A DNA stretch of 63,597 bases, the filler included, from Phoronis australis (taxonomy: Eukaryota; Animalia; Phoronida), in assembly GCA_002633005.1 (NCBI GenBank). It is 5 parts of 5 records of this genome, joined end to end, with 100 filler letters (N's around TTAATTAATTAA, not from the genome) between each part and the next. Parts side by side here need not be neighbours in the genome. Positions count along the whole stretch, not along the records: positions 1 to 21,917 come from NMRA01000027.1; 4 more parts are not named here. One strand, given 5' to 3'. This document shows, piece after piece, positions 1-12,070 of this stretch. The notes beneath the pieces were generated by a model. The model did not search any database. It was not told the DNA's origin and saw only the letters and a program-made list of their open reading frames with translations. Every line of letters starts with the position of its first letter. Positions within the stretch are counted from its first letter, which is position 1. Position numbers and translations under genes: made by a program.

Positions 1-1726
1 CATTGAGATTTAAGTCTCCCGAAAAAAGTTGACGATCGGATAGTGTTTAAAAGTCTAATTCTAAATTTCTCCAGTTAGTGCACAAATGAAGTAAAAGAAA
101 GTAGTTCTGCTTGTCGCGTCAGCTGTTGGTATCATTATCTCGATTTATGACCAACAACGCGTGACTGGACAAAGCCTTTTCAATTTAGCCGGTGGAGCGT
201 GAGACCCCTGAGGTCCCAATCGAGTCCTCACGACAACTTCGCGTTATGTCACGCGTTGTTAACCCTTATTACATGGTTAGAGGATGTTATAAGGATCAAA
301 GAAGTACTTACCCCATAACTAATACACAATCCGTACTCGAAAAAAGTTTAAATGAACGCGCCACTCACGATTCGCACCCGAAGAACAACCGCCATTTTGA
401 ATTTTCCGCGAACCCGGAAGTACAATTCATTCAGGAACCCAGGCCGAGAAAACGCCGTCAGTGCGACTGGAGCAGTGCTGCTTACCAGCCTGCAAATGGG
501 GATAAAATAATCGACAGCGCGCCTTAATTTTAATAAAATCAAAACACGGACAATTTTATTGAATTTGCTGAAGAAATGTGGCGAATAAATTTTGACAGAA
601 ATTATTTTGCCGAACTCGGGACCGCAGCCTACCGGACCCGGTGCGGATCGAGGCCAGACACTGGCGAACGGTAAAGGCATGCGGTTGCAAGCTGTTTTGT
701 CGAAGTAAAATGTTCAAATCATAAATACCGCATATTTTCAAACTTAGTTTCAGACACTTGCATGAAATTACGGGCAGGTTAATCCTGTGTCACCCTGCCG
801 CGGCAGACCTTAGCTACCTTCAGTGCCAGCTACCAGTATGAAGACTAACTACAGCTTGTTAGTAGGCCTAACCAGCTTTGCGTCAAGGCTAACCTTAGGC
901 CTAACTGGTCGCTGACCACAGCGCTCGCTCAAACGAGGTTTATTTAGAACTTGGGTACTTCTGGCGAACTGTGCAAAGTTGTTGGCTTTCAACAGAGATT
1001 TTCCCGGACTTTGTATGAGCGCACCAAGCCTAAAAATGGGGGGATGGTTATGTTCAGAGCTATGAGTTGCAGACGCTAAATTTTGGTACTTCCTGTCTTC
1101 TAGTGAAATATTGTCTCGTTTTCTATTTCTTTCGGAGTTCTTCCTTCTCTGATGCAGACCTTTTCCCATTTCTCCAGATAGGGGGCTCATTCGAGCTCAT
1201 AACTATGTTAATGCATAACACGAACTAAACACCAATGCTATTTTAACACAATGTGCGTATGTATTCATTGACAACTTGTAACGAAAAATCTGCAAATAGA
1301 TTAACTTAGCATTTATTACGTACCTGGCAGGTTCAAATAGCCCGTATCATGCAGTGTTATTCCACATCACCACATCACCATACCTACTGGACACGGTTCA
1401 GAGACTTGAGGCTAAGACCACTTAGCAACTTTCAAACTACTTCCTATTTACTTCGTCGCTCTATGTTGTGTTTCTAATTAATTTGGCCAAACTATCACAA
1501 AAATAAGTCATTAACCGCAAATGACAAATGCAGAATTCTGTGCAACATACTTTAACTACAAAATAATAAGAAAGACTGCCTTGGTGCAACCACTTTTTTA
1601 GAGGTACTGTTAAAGTAACACCAGTGGATAATACTGATTTTATATAGATTCATTTCATTCTTTCCAAGCACTGTATTTCAGTGCACTACTTCTGTGAGCA
1701 GATACTGTTTTTTAACTACCTAAACC

Positions 1727-1982
1727 ATAGGCGGATTTAGGAGGGGGTCCGCCCCCCCGCCACCTTGGCTGCAAGGAAAATGAAACAGCAACAGCGCGAA
1801 GCATGAGGAAATATTGAGCTCAAGAACCAGTAGGTACGACTGGTAGTGGATGTGGGTGGGNTTTTGTCCAACGATAAGTTTCCAACCAGAAGGCCCAAAT
1901 CCCCGGCTCTAGAACTTTCGAGCCGCCTGTGCAGTTACGATCTCGCTTTGCCCAATTCCCCACAACTCAGGAGCATCCACTG
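1727..1982 (+). mobile_element. Degenerate copy of the CA(G/T)(T/A)GGCGGAT MITE family
   Basis: Starts cataggcggatttagg, ends gcatccactg; internal aaacagcaa...gaggaaatattgag shared with copies at 17201 and 48253. Confidence 0.55.
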
Positions 1983-1990
1983 GTCACTCA

Positions 1991-4900
1991 TCATTGAAAC
2001 CTGGTAATATAAGACTGAACATCCTCTGCCTTGTCCGGTCTCACATATTGACTCGACAAAGGTAACGGAGTGTGTTGAAGCTCCACGCATTGGTACGTTG
2101 GGTCAGTGATCGATTTCAACACCTCCGCCACAAGGATATTTGTATACTCTGCAATATAATGTAACACTAGAGTCTTAGGTGTGTTACCAGGGTTGTAGTA
2201 CAACTTACCTACACCGTTCAGTAGGGCCTCTTTGCAATGCATTCTAGGAAGTTTACGAAACGATAGTACAAAATAATATAATTCCTACCTAGTTAAAACA
2301 AACTACAGTTTGAAGGTTTCTTATTGCTTAATGTAACAAGGCTCTACTGTACTGACTTCGATAAACCATCTACATAACTAAAAATCATGACTCATACAAA
2401 ACTGATTTAGGACAAAAAGTGTAATTATGACAATTACAGGATTAGAATAAACTAACATACGTTAATTTATGTAAAAATAACTTAAGCCTAGAATTGTCTC
2501 ATTGAGTGAACAGTTATTAACGGAAACAAGATTTTTTCCCTAACTGGTCTCAAAAAAGCTATTGACTCACCATATGTTGCAGACTCCATGACCTTTGACA
2601 CTGTCGCTTGGCCTTTTCGGAACTTTCGGAACTTCATACTAAACTCCAAGCTCCCATCTGCTTCTGGCTAGCAACCGGGCTGCATTTTCGTTGAAATGGA
2701 GAGCTGCAATTTGAACTCTGAAAACAGATCATTATATGAGGAAAATGAAACTCACAATCCAACATTTGCTTAGTAAATGGTCAACAACCTAAGGATTGTT
2801 CACAAAAACTTTAGAAAAAAAAATCTTAAAAAATGCACATATTAAGGAGTTCAAATATTGAGGTGTGAATTATTGTTTACTAAAAATATTTGCCAAGATA
2901 CTACATCTTTTTGTTTGAAAGTTGGCCATGCCTTGAAATCCAAAGTGGTACATCTTTGGGGCAAATGTGTTAACGAGGCTGTTAAAACCTTCCACCATTG
3001 ACGTTTGACCTTCAGGTGACAGTCAAGGGACATCTTTTAGAAGTTGTTTGCTCTCAAGTACTTCACAGAGTTCTTCATAAGCTTCTGTTCCTATGAAATA
3101 TGTTGCGGGCATGACAATGACCATGTGAAACAGAACAGATTTAATAATTACCCCTCAGTGCCTCGACACAAGCTCCATAGTTACACCTGTTACAAAAATA
3201 ATAGTTTTTCAAGGTTCCATTAAACAAGATGTAAGTCAGTGTTCGTTGTATTATGTCTCATTTGTGACAGAACAAATTGACAAGTGAACTTTGTCCTTTT
3301 ATTATTTCCATTACTTCTTGTATTTTGCAAATACGATGTGCTCACAAGCAGAGTGTGCAATTAAATTAAAGTTCAGGAAATCAAAACTTCTTTCCAAAAA
3401 CTTAAGAGTACCTGGCTGAAACCAAGCCTTTCCTGCACCACCATGAGGCAAGGGAGCATGAGCACACTGTGCGAAGCGATCATCATGTCCATCGTGAATT
3501 TTAGCGATGTGTCGGGTCAAAATTTTCCACTTAGCAAGTGCAAGCTCCCCATCTCCACCACTACTTGTGGCGCTCCAGTATACATGGTTAATAATGCTTC
3601 TCATCCAGCAAGAAACAAGCCGACAGGCTGCTTTCTTCGACAAGGCTTCTAACTTTTTGAGTAGCCCTACAACAATATGGGTAGAAAGCAATTCTTTACA
3701 TAGGAAGTTAAATGACAAAGTGTTTAAAATTCTATTAATGCAGTATTGGGTAGTTAGGCAGTACATAGTGTGTAAAACTCATTGTCTGCATTCATCTGTC
3801 ATGATTGTTGGTTTATGCCCAAGTTTTTCAAATTCTGTTTTAACCCTCACACTCCAATGTATCCCTTCAGGCTGTTGATAAAACATGCTTATGTGTAAAA
3901 AACCCAAAACGGAAAATCGATCTATCACGTTTCAGCTATTCACTACACATCATGGTATGTCAACACTTGTTGTCTAATTGTTTATAACTTGGCAATGTCT
4001 AATGAATAGATGAAACGACCAGTCAATATCAACTTTTTTTATTCCTGCGGCAATTTCTCGTTTTTTAACCTTACAAAAACAAAACCATAGAATCCGAAAG
4101 TAGAGCAAATTATCAGACATACCTTTCCCAAGGTGCCACATGTCGAAGAAATGAAGCACGTCCTCCCAATTCTCTTTCACACATTTGTTGATTGATACGT
4201 GCCTATCAGTAACCAAAACTCTAACTCTCGCTCCAAATCTGTCAAAGAATGTCTTTACCCTTTTTAAACCCTCGGGATCCATGTAATAAGACCCTCTGGT
4301 TTCGTTGCTCTGAAAAAATAACAGCATAACAGCTATCACTTGATGTCTGCACTAGCTTCTGCAATTTTTCATGTAACAGATAGGTTAAGACTAAGCCTAA
4401 TTCCTCTTCAATAGACACAGAGCATTTGATAAAATTATTCTTCTCTTTGGTGCCACTGACTTCATGACCCGAGGAATGGAGAACTGTAATATACTATGTA
4501 TGTACAACTGAAAACAAAAATATCTTTAGATAAAATTGATTAATATGCCATTTCTATACCTGAATAAGCTGAAGGTCGATGACCTTTTTGCGCTCTAAGT
4601 CGACAGCAACATATGTACCATATTTGGCAGAGTGGCCCATTGAATCGCATCGTCCCTCACCACCTATCACCATGCCCTCCTCAGGAGCAGATTCTATCAA
4701 TTCGGCTTGCTGGCGTTGGAATACTGCCCCCACATCCTGGTGAAGGAGGGAAGACTGATGGCGAAAGAAGGTTGAACTATTGTGCACTTGCACTCCCATC
4801 ATTCTAAGCAGTCGCAGAGCTTTGCCGGGAAGTGTTCCAACAAATAAGATGGCAGCCGAGAGTAATACATTGCCAGCATAGGTTTCTCCAATCAGTGGCT

Positions 4901-6400
4901 GGGAACCCCAAGTAAAGGAATTCCCACAAATGTGACATGATTGGTGGATAGCAACCATAGTCCCTTCTACTCTTGACACCCCACCGTTTGCTCCATGGCT
5001 TCCACAAAGCTTACAAATCGTGAACAGCTTCAGCAGCATACTCTCAAATACTATAAATTTTCTCCGCTTGAACATTGTGTCTCCCCCTGGAAAAAGAATT
5101 CAGTTATAGCAACTATCTTTCTTCAATAAATGAATAAAGGAAAGTAAATTGTGACTCACTGTTTCATGTGACTACTGGGTTAAAGGTAATGGTTTATTGG
5201 GAATAAGGACTTTTATGAAACAGTGAGAATGTACACATTTTTGTAAAATATGTATCAAGTCCAAGTATCTATAGCTCATTCTACTTTACATTCCTCTCAA
5301 AGTCGTACCTCAAATACCTTCCAGTGAACTTACTCAGAGTTAGGTTTTTCTTCGTCGTCGTCCTCGTCATCAATCTCTTCGTACTCAAGATTGTAATCCG
5401 GATCAAGCTCCTCCCTTCCCATAGGTTCTTCCTCTCCACATATGAACTGCTGTTCTTTAACATCCCTTGTCTTCTCAAAATTGTTTAAAAGATGACTTTG
5501 TGGTGTATGTGTAATCTTATCAACAGATCCAACAGCAGCTTGCACTCCTACAATAGGCAAGAACTAAATATATCAGAAAACGTTTTATCGTAAAAGATCA
5601 GTAAACAAAAATGTAGCACTGACATCACCAATATAGTTAATTGTAACAGTGTCAAAAGTGTGAGAAACAATATGAAAGAAGAGATGCAAATTGTTCTCGA
5701 ATCACAATTATACCGTTTCTGATTCACATGAAATAATTCAAATTGTTATTCCACTAAGAAGCCATGACTCACGCAGAACAAATAGATTTACATAAAAGTA
5801 CCTCTGTCTCGTGTTGCTATGTAACATTGCGTCGTTTTTGTCCTCTTGGTGTTCCCAGTTTGCGTACTTCCGTTTCTTGTGGTGGGTGTGTCGGTGGCCA
5901 CAGAAACCGAATTGTTTGTTGAAATTCGAAGGGCATCCTCAACACACAAATTTTGTTGAGAAGCACTAGTTCCTATACGTTTGGAGACTGGGGAATCTGA
6001 GATCTCATCAGAAAAATTTCCTTGCCCGTATTCCCGGATTGCATCATTAACTAACTGTAATTAGAAGTGCAATGCCTTTACAAGAAATCAAATCAATGAC
6101 TACAAATGCAACATTTCAAATTTTAGACTTTTCCTAAATATGTCAACCTCCATTTAAACCCTTAAACTGATACCAACAAAATTAATTAACTAAGGGAGCA
6201 TGTTAACCCAATGACAAACCTACTTGGTAAAGTATTCATGAAAATAAAGTACTTATCTTGAACACAAATCAGCTGTAACTGCAGCGGCAATGCAATATTC
6301 CTTCTCTTTTCAAATGCCTTGGACTCTGCCTTTCTCTTTCTCGGATTTTCCAGTGCACGCGATGTGGGCACGGCTCCTTCTTTGAGAAGTCTATGTCTGA
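1991..6400 (-). pseudogene. Decayed multi-exon Kolobok-type DDE transposase (THAP C-terminal AVPT motif, DDE core, H2CH region)
   Basis: Minus-strand exons in order: ~6300-6397 LLKEGAVPT; ~5802-6054; ~5333-5547 (acidic); ~4558-5086 RKFIVFESMLLKLFTICKLC...GGEGRCDSMGHSAKYGTY; ~4122-4309 LVTDRH...HFFDMWHLGK; ~3411-3665 WMRSIINHVYWSA...CAHAPL; ~2925-3090 QTSMVEGFNS; ~2572-2718 AALHFNENAAR; 1991-2150 PLSSQYVRPDKAE...TRFQ*. In-frame TGA near 3025, a frameshift near 2665, and the first catalytic D of GDGRCDS changed to E. Confidence 0.85.
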
Positions 6401-8094
6401 AAAGTATTTTTCGAAGTGACTCAATAAAATACTTCGTAGATTGGGTAAACTGAATTTTAGCGTTGTCAAAACACATATTACTTACAGTTTTAACCAAATT
6501 ATTTGAAGTTAATTTTTGCCAAAACATCGCACGTCTTCGCGTTTGTAATTGTTTTAATAAAATCATGTAACTACTCCGTCGTATAACGATCACATTTGCG
6601 TATGGTGAAATAACTATATTAACAAAAATGAAATTGGATAAATATATGTTATACAACGTACGTGTTTGTACCACTGGTTAAGTATGTCGAGGTTCGTGAT
6701 ATGGAATATAGACCTTGTTGGTGAAATGAAAACTAACTTAGATCTGGTATAAAGTGCAGTTAAACCAGGTTTTAATGAACCAGTGGTCTAAAAGTTAAAC
6801 CATCTTTATGAAATGCAGATTATCCTTAAACATGGTCTAAGTCCAGTTTAAACCAGGTTTAACTTTAAAGTCCTTCTTGCAAACTGCCCATGTGGTTCCA
6901 GTATCCGAAAATGCTTACTACATAAATTCTTATTTTCGACACCCTTTCTTTATATTCTTTTCGCCTTTCTTGCCAAAAGCGATTTTTTAACAGTATTTGA
7001 TCCTTCTCTCTGACCATCAATAACTGAATAAGTTTAGTACACCAATTCCTTCTTTTAAAACTTAATGGAATAAGAAAGATCAACTTAGGGTTACAGGGGC
7101 CCCTGCAGGTGGTCAGTATTCTCCTAACTGGAAAAAATAAAGCAAAACTAATAAGACATTCTCAAGTATAGCCATCTTGACCAAGACTTACCCCCCACAC
7201 TGTACTCAGTACGACCAACATTGATATGAGCTTTCTAATAAAGCTATTGGCATGGCCAGGTGAAGTCCCTAACACATCCTACAAACATCTCCCCCCTCTT
7301 CCGCCAAAATTCTTAACACCACCTGCTAAATTGTTCTGCTAGTTGAAATCGATCTGAAAGCCATTTTGTACTTAATTTCGGTCTGAGCAGAGTGTCGACA
7401 TGAACTGCGAAGTTAATTGAACCGTTTATACTGGCTTTGGATGTCTAAGTAAATTGTAGCTGACGATGTTGTCATCGAAGTAATAGCAACGTAGTGCAGA
7501 TGCAACATTTGTACACCAGGATTTTTTAATGTGATAATTTGGGGACATTGACATGTGCTAATAGACACAAAAACCTATTTCTAATTCGATTAGTGACTAT
7601 TCGCCCAAAATATAAGCAGCTTTTAGCGACGACACTAACCTGTAATTGTTGATGATAACAGTGGCCCCTGACAATAACTTCTTCGATGTAACCGAAGTTG
7701 ATCATTCATACTACCGTACACCACAGCATCGACGCTCCGCTTGTCTACTGTGAAGTCAAGTGGCACAGTTAACTTCGATTCAGGACCGAAGTTAACCATC
7801 CATACTGACTGCAACTCCCCAAAACATCGCCATGTCGATGTTAGAATGAAAGGGCCTTAGCAGTTTTAACTACATGTTAAAACACTAAACATGGTGTAAC
7901 TAGTCCGGGTCAGCGTGAATCAGTACTACTACTAGTAGACCATTAGAACAAAAACTGAACAGCTGATCGAATTCAGGCTCTTCAAAATGATTCGGGTGCG
8001 ATGTATGCTGACTGAGTTCAGTTAGCCATCAGTGAATGCTCTAACCGTGTATACGAGTCATTGAACATTTCACAAACAACACACTTACTGACTT

Positions 8095-8574
8095 ACTTGT
8101 CCATCGAAAGCCTGGTATTGTTGTAATGTAAAACCTTCACGAGTTCGAACATTCAGTCTTGTCCTCATTGTCTCTCACCTATCGAACGAGTCGCTTAAAG
8201 GTACACGGTGTGTTGGTAATGCCGCTTTTTGTACTGGCTAACACGTCTTTTTCTGAATCTCATAGAGCAGGACCACTGCGTTTCGCCTTGGGACGTATAC
8301 TACATAGACCTACTTCTCTCCGCCATTTGTATAAATTCTGTTGAACTCTAGATCTGTGGCTTCGCATGCGTTGTCGTAATGTTTACATCTATTAGAGCAT
8401 CCTGGATATTAAATTCTTTGTAAACATTTCATTCGTTTGTAGTATTTACAACAATTTTTTTCAAAATTTTTGCACAAGTTGAAAGTTAATAACTTTTTGA
8501 ACTCCATGTCACATAAAAAACCGGCTTAAACGGCGTTAAGAGGTTTTTTCTTCTATAACTCGGACCATAGGCCT
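8095..8574 (-). mobile_element. Possible Kolobok 5' end with a decayed N-terminal exon
   Basis: Minus strand reads TTAA|AGGCCTATGG at 8578-8565 (Kolobok-type terminus). Broken reading ...HTVYL..DSFDR*ETMRTRLNVRT resembles the AFxRWRxLR N-terminal motif of some Kolobok-like proteins. Matching other end not found. Confidence 0.35.
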
Positions 8575-8832
8575 TTAATGCATTGTAACGTATGCTCTAT
8601 CAACGTTAGACAAAATCAGTACACCCCTTTCTTAAAAAACGGGTTAAAAGTTAGAAACAAAAGACACACGTTTCCATCACGTGTAACGTCGATTTTCGAC
8701 ATTGATGTTGGGGAGGAACATCAGTCTGGCGACAGCAACACGGAATCGTACGAGGGCGATGATTTTCAAAATTTGATTCGTTTTCGTTTTATGTCTTTTT
8801 TCCTTATGGTTAAGGGTTATTTCTGAATCTAG

Positions 8833-9018
8833 GAACAAGAACTGAAAGAGGCAGGGTTCGTGATAACGTTGGAGAACGGTAACATTTATATAAGGTGTTA
8901 CAACTGTCATCGATATTGTCATCTCCTCTGTTTTCATCCAACCTTCCCAGATGAAAACTTGAATGAAGAGAACCTTCAGTACTTGAGTGAGCATGGTATA
9001 CTGTGTGATTTATGTTGA
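8833..9018 (+). CDS. Terminal exon encoding a PHD/RING-like zinc-finger half (probably transposon-derived)
   Basis: AG acceptor at 8831-8832, then open frame EQELKEAGFVITLENGNIYIRCYNCHRYCHLLCFHPTFPDENLNEENLQYLSEHGILCDLC*; CxxC-x4-H-x2-C...CxxC spacing. Confidence 0.4.
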   Translation, partial: EQELKEAGFVITLENGNIYIRCYNCHRYCHLLCFHPTFPDENLNEENLQYLSEHGILCDLC

Positions 9019-10269
9019 ATTATTCAGGGGTTCTTTTAAGAACCATTTCACGCTATACCTTCAACTAACGGCCCTTTTAAGGGCCACACAATACTTCCCA
9101 GAAGAACTGCTCACTTGAGAATGTTGAATTATAAACATGCAAAGGTTAAAATAGTGAAATCATTGCAGAGGCGCATTTTTTAATTCGAACAAAATTGATA
9201 TTTTTCTAAACCAAAAACGTTATATAAGCATCTTTTGCATTCACAGGCACTCCTTGGAATTTCTGCACAGACATGCTTTCGTAGTTTTCTCAGTAGGCCT
9301 ATGTGAACCATAAATCACAAACTGTCCGATAACTATGCTGCTATGCTATTGGGCAAGCAGACGACATAATCAGTCGGCACCGAAGTTTGAATTTTGTAAT
9401 TTATTACCAGTAGCATTGCCAAAAGTACTCACGATAACAACATTTCTACTATTGGAAGACTTTGAACAGCGTTTCAATGCCGAAATTAATATTTTTTTCG
9501 TTGTTTTGGACAGTAAAGTATATGCAAATATTTCTCGTCAAAATACACTAACCAAAAAAGTACCAGAAAGGTCAGGAGAGTGGCGGCGCCTCTTGGCTAG
9601 CACGTAAGAAAATGCCGGAGTTGCGAATCTGTTGTCTATAATCTATGGTGTGGCCGAACACCCAGCCACACAGTAATATACCATGATTAGCAGACGACGT
9701 ACTTGCCGGAAATAACACCAGATAATTTGGCCAGGGGGCGCTAGTGAATAATGACGTAACGGCGTGTGCGAAACAGCACAGATTTCGTCCATTGAAAGTA
9801 TACGGAGTTTGGGGTCCATGTACTATAGTCTATGTTGACATCGACGACGAAACCAAGAACATCAACAACCACGACTCCGCCGCTTATTAAACCAACGTGC
9901 TGTAAATGATCATCATTAAATGTGCATTGAGGAATCAATCAATAAAAGACAATCATCAAATTAGAAACGCTCGAATAACTCAAGAACCGCAAGTCGTAGC
10001 GAGAAACCAATCTCGCATCATAATAGCCCATGAGGAGATCTACTTACATACGCAATTTAAACAGGTTCGGTCAAAAGATCGCGGAGCCAGAGCTCCGCAG
10101 TCATCAATAACAAGAGCAACGCGGAGCGTTGAAATGCGCCCACGATATTACAGCAAACGGTGTGCCTCTATCGGTGCTTTTACATGTAGTATCATAAAAA
10201 ATTGCCATGTAATGGCGGAATGCATCAAACCCATCCAAACTGACAACGTGGCGTCGTCTGTGTAATACA

Positions 10270-12070
10270 AAACTATTTGTCAACTTTCTTGAAAATAAGC
10301 CAAGGGACTCCTAAGATTTAGAGACAAATGTAAAAAAAAACAATTGCCACTAGGGGGCACAGCCATAGTTTGATTGACTCATCGTCATCAGTTGCCGTCT
10401 CTATAGAAGTCCATCTGCCAAATTTCGCAAAAATCCTTTAAAGGTTTAGGAGATACAAAAAAAAAACAAAATTGCTACTAAGGGGCGCCAGAATAATAAA
10501 AAAACATCCGCAAATCAACGTCAGCCAGGATCTTCGAAACTGAGACACAGCCGTCAATTTTTATAATTGTCCTTTGAGCGGTTTGACAGATATTGAGGCA
10601 GACGTTAAAAACATACACAAAAGTAGCCACCTGGTGGCGCAGAAAACATCAAATCTGTCCAAAATGGGAAGGCGTTGTCGACTCCTTATTGGAAACCTCT
10701 TTGCCGAGTTTCATGCAAATACATTCATGAATTCGGAAGACACAGAGGCAGACGTAAAAATATTGCTACTAGGGGGCACAGTGGTATTTGAATTAGTTCG
10801 ACATTTAATACCGTTTGTCGTCGGCTCCATAGGATTACATCTTTCAAATTTCACAATCTCCTTCAAAGGGTTAAGGAGAATCGGTCTCAGACAAAATCAC
10901 CACTAGGGGGCGACATAATAAGCGGACCCATCTGAAAATCAACTTCAGTCGTAGCCTTGACATCAGGAACACATCTGTAAATTCTCATCATGATCCTTTA
11001 AGCGGTATGACAGATAGGGTTGTGGACGCCAGAAAACGGATGCAAAAGTAACAAAAATGGCCACGAGGTGGGNGAAGGCATTGTCGTCTCATTAATAGAA
11101 ACCCTTAGCTATCTGCCGAATTTCATGAAAATACATTTTTGGAATCCAAAGATACAGAGGCAAACGTAAAAACATTTTGCCACTAGGGGACAGAGGTATT
11201 TGCATCAGTTGGACACTCGTCAATGTTTGTCTACAGCTTCATAGGAGTACATCTTTCAAATTTCACAAAGGTCTTTCAAAGGGTTAGGGAGAATAGGCCG
11301 CAGAGGTAAAAAACAAAATCACCACCAGGGGGCGACACAGTGGTAGGACCCGCCTCCTCATCAGGAACACATCTGTAAATTCTCGTGATGATCCTTTAAG
11401 CTGTATGGCAGATAGGAAAGGTGTACACCAGAAAACGGAAGCAAAAATAAAAAGGCAAGCAGGTGGCGCAGAAAACATCAGATCTGTTCACAAGTGGGAA
11501 ATCGTTGTCGTCTCCTTAATGGAAACCTATTAGCCGAATTTCATGAAAATACATTGCTGAAGTCCGAAGATTTTGGCACTGGGGGCATAGAAGCAATTGG
11601 AGATCAGTTCGACACTCGTTACTGTTTGCCGGCGGCTCCATAGGAATACATCTTTCAACTTTCTCAAAATTTATTCAAGGGTTTAGGAGATTCGGCAAAT
11701 TTTCATAACGATCCTTTGAACGGTATGACTGACAAAGAGGCGGACGCCAGAAAACGGGCGCAAACATAGAAAAATGGCCACGAGGTGACCTAAAATTCGT
11801 CGAATCTGTCTGAAAATTGAATGGCAACATTGCCTTTGTATTAAAAATCTATTTGCCGAATTTCATGAAAATCCGTCAAAAAACTCGAAAGATACAAAGG
11901 GAAACGTAAAAAATTAAAATCTCTACTAGGGAGCACAGTGCTACGCGGGTCGGTCCGAACCTCGTCGTCAACTGTCGTCAGCCTATGGGAACATACCTGC
12001 CAAATTTCAATAAGATCCTTCAAGGGGTTTAGGAGTTACAGCCGCGAACGCCGGACATATAAATACGTAG
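10270..12070 (+). repeat. Degenerate tandem array (~140-bp subunits, ~410-420-bp higher-order period) rich in CCACTAGGGGGC-like motifs; probably internal to a non-autonomous (Helentron-like) element
   Basis: Recurring gccactagggggcac, gccgaatttcatgaaaat and tttcaaatttcacaa blocks; motif pairs at 10765/11179 and 10900/11322. Confidence 0.7.

Noticed and set aside
3023-3025. In-frame TGA as selenocysteine recoding
   Set aside because: Accompanied by frameshifts and a catalytic substitution; simple decay (likely CGA to TGA).
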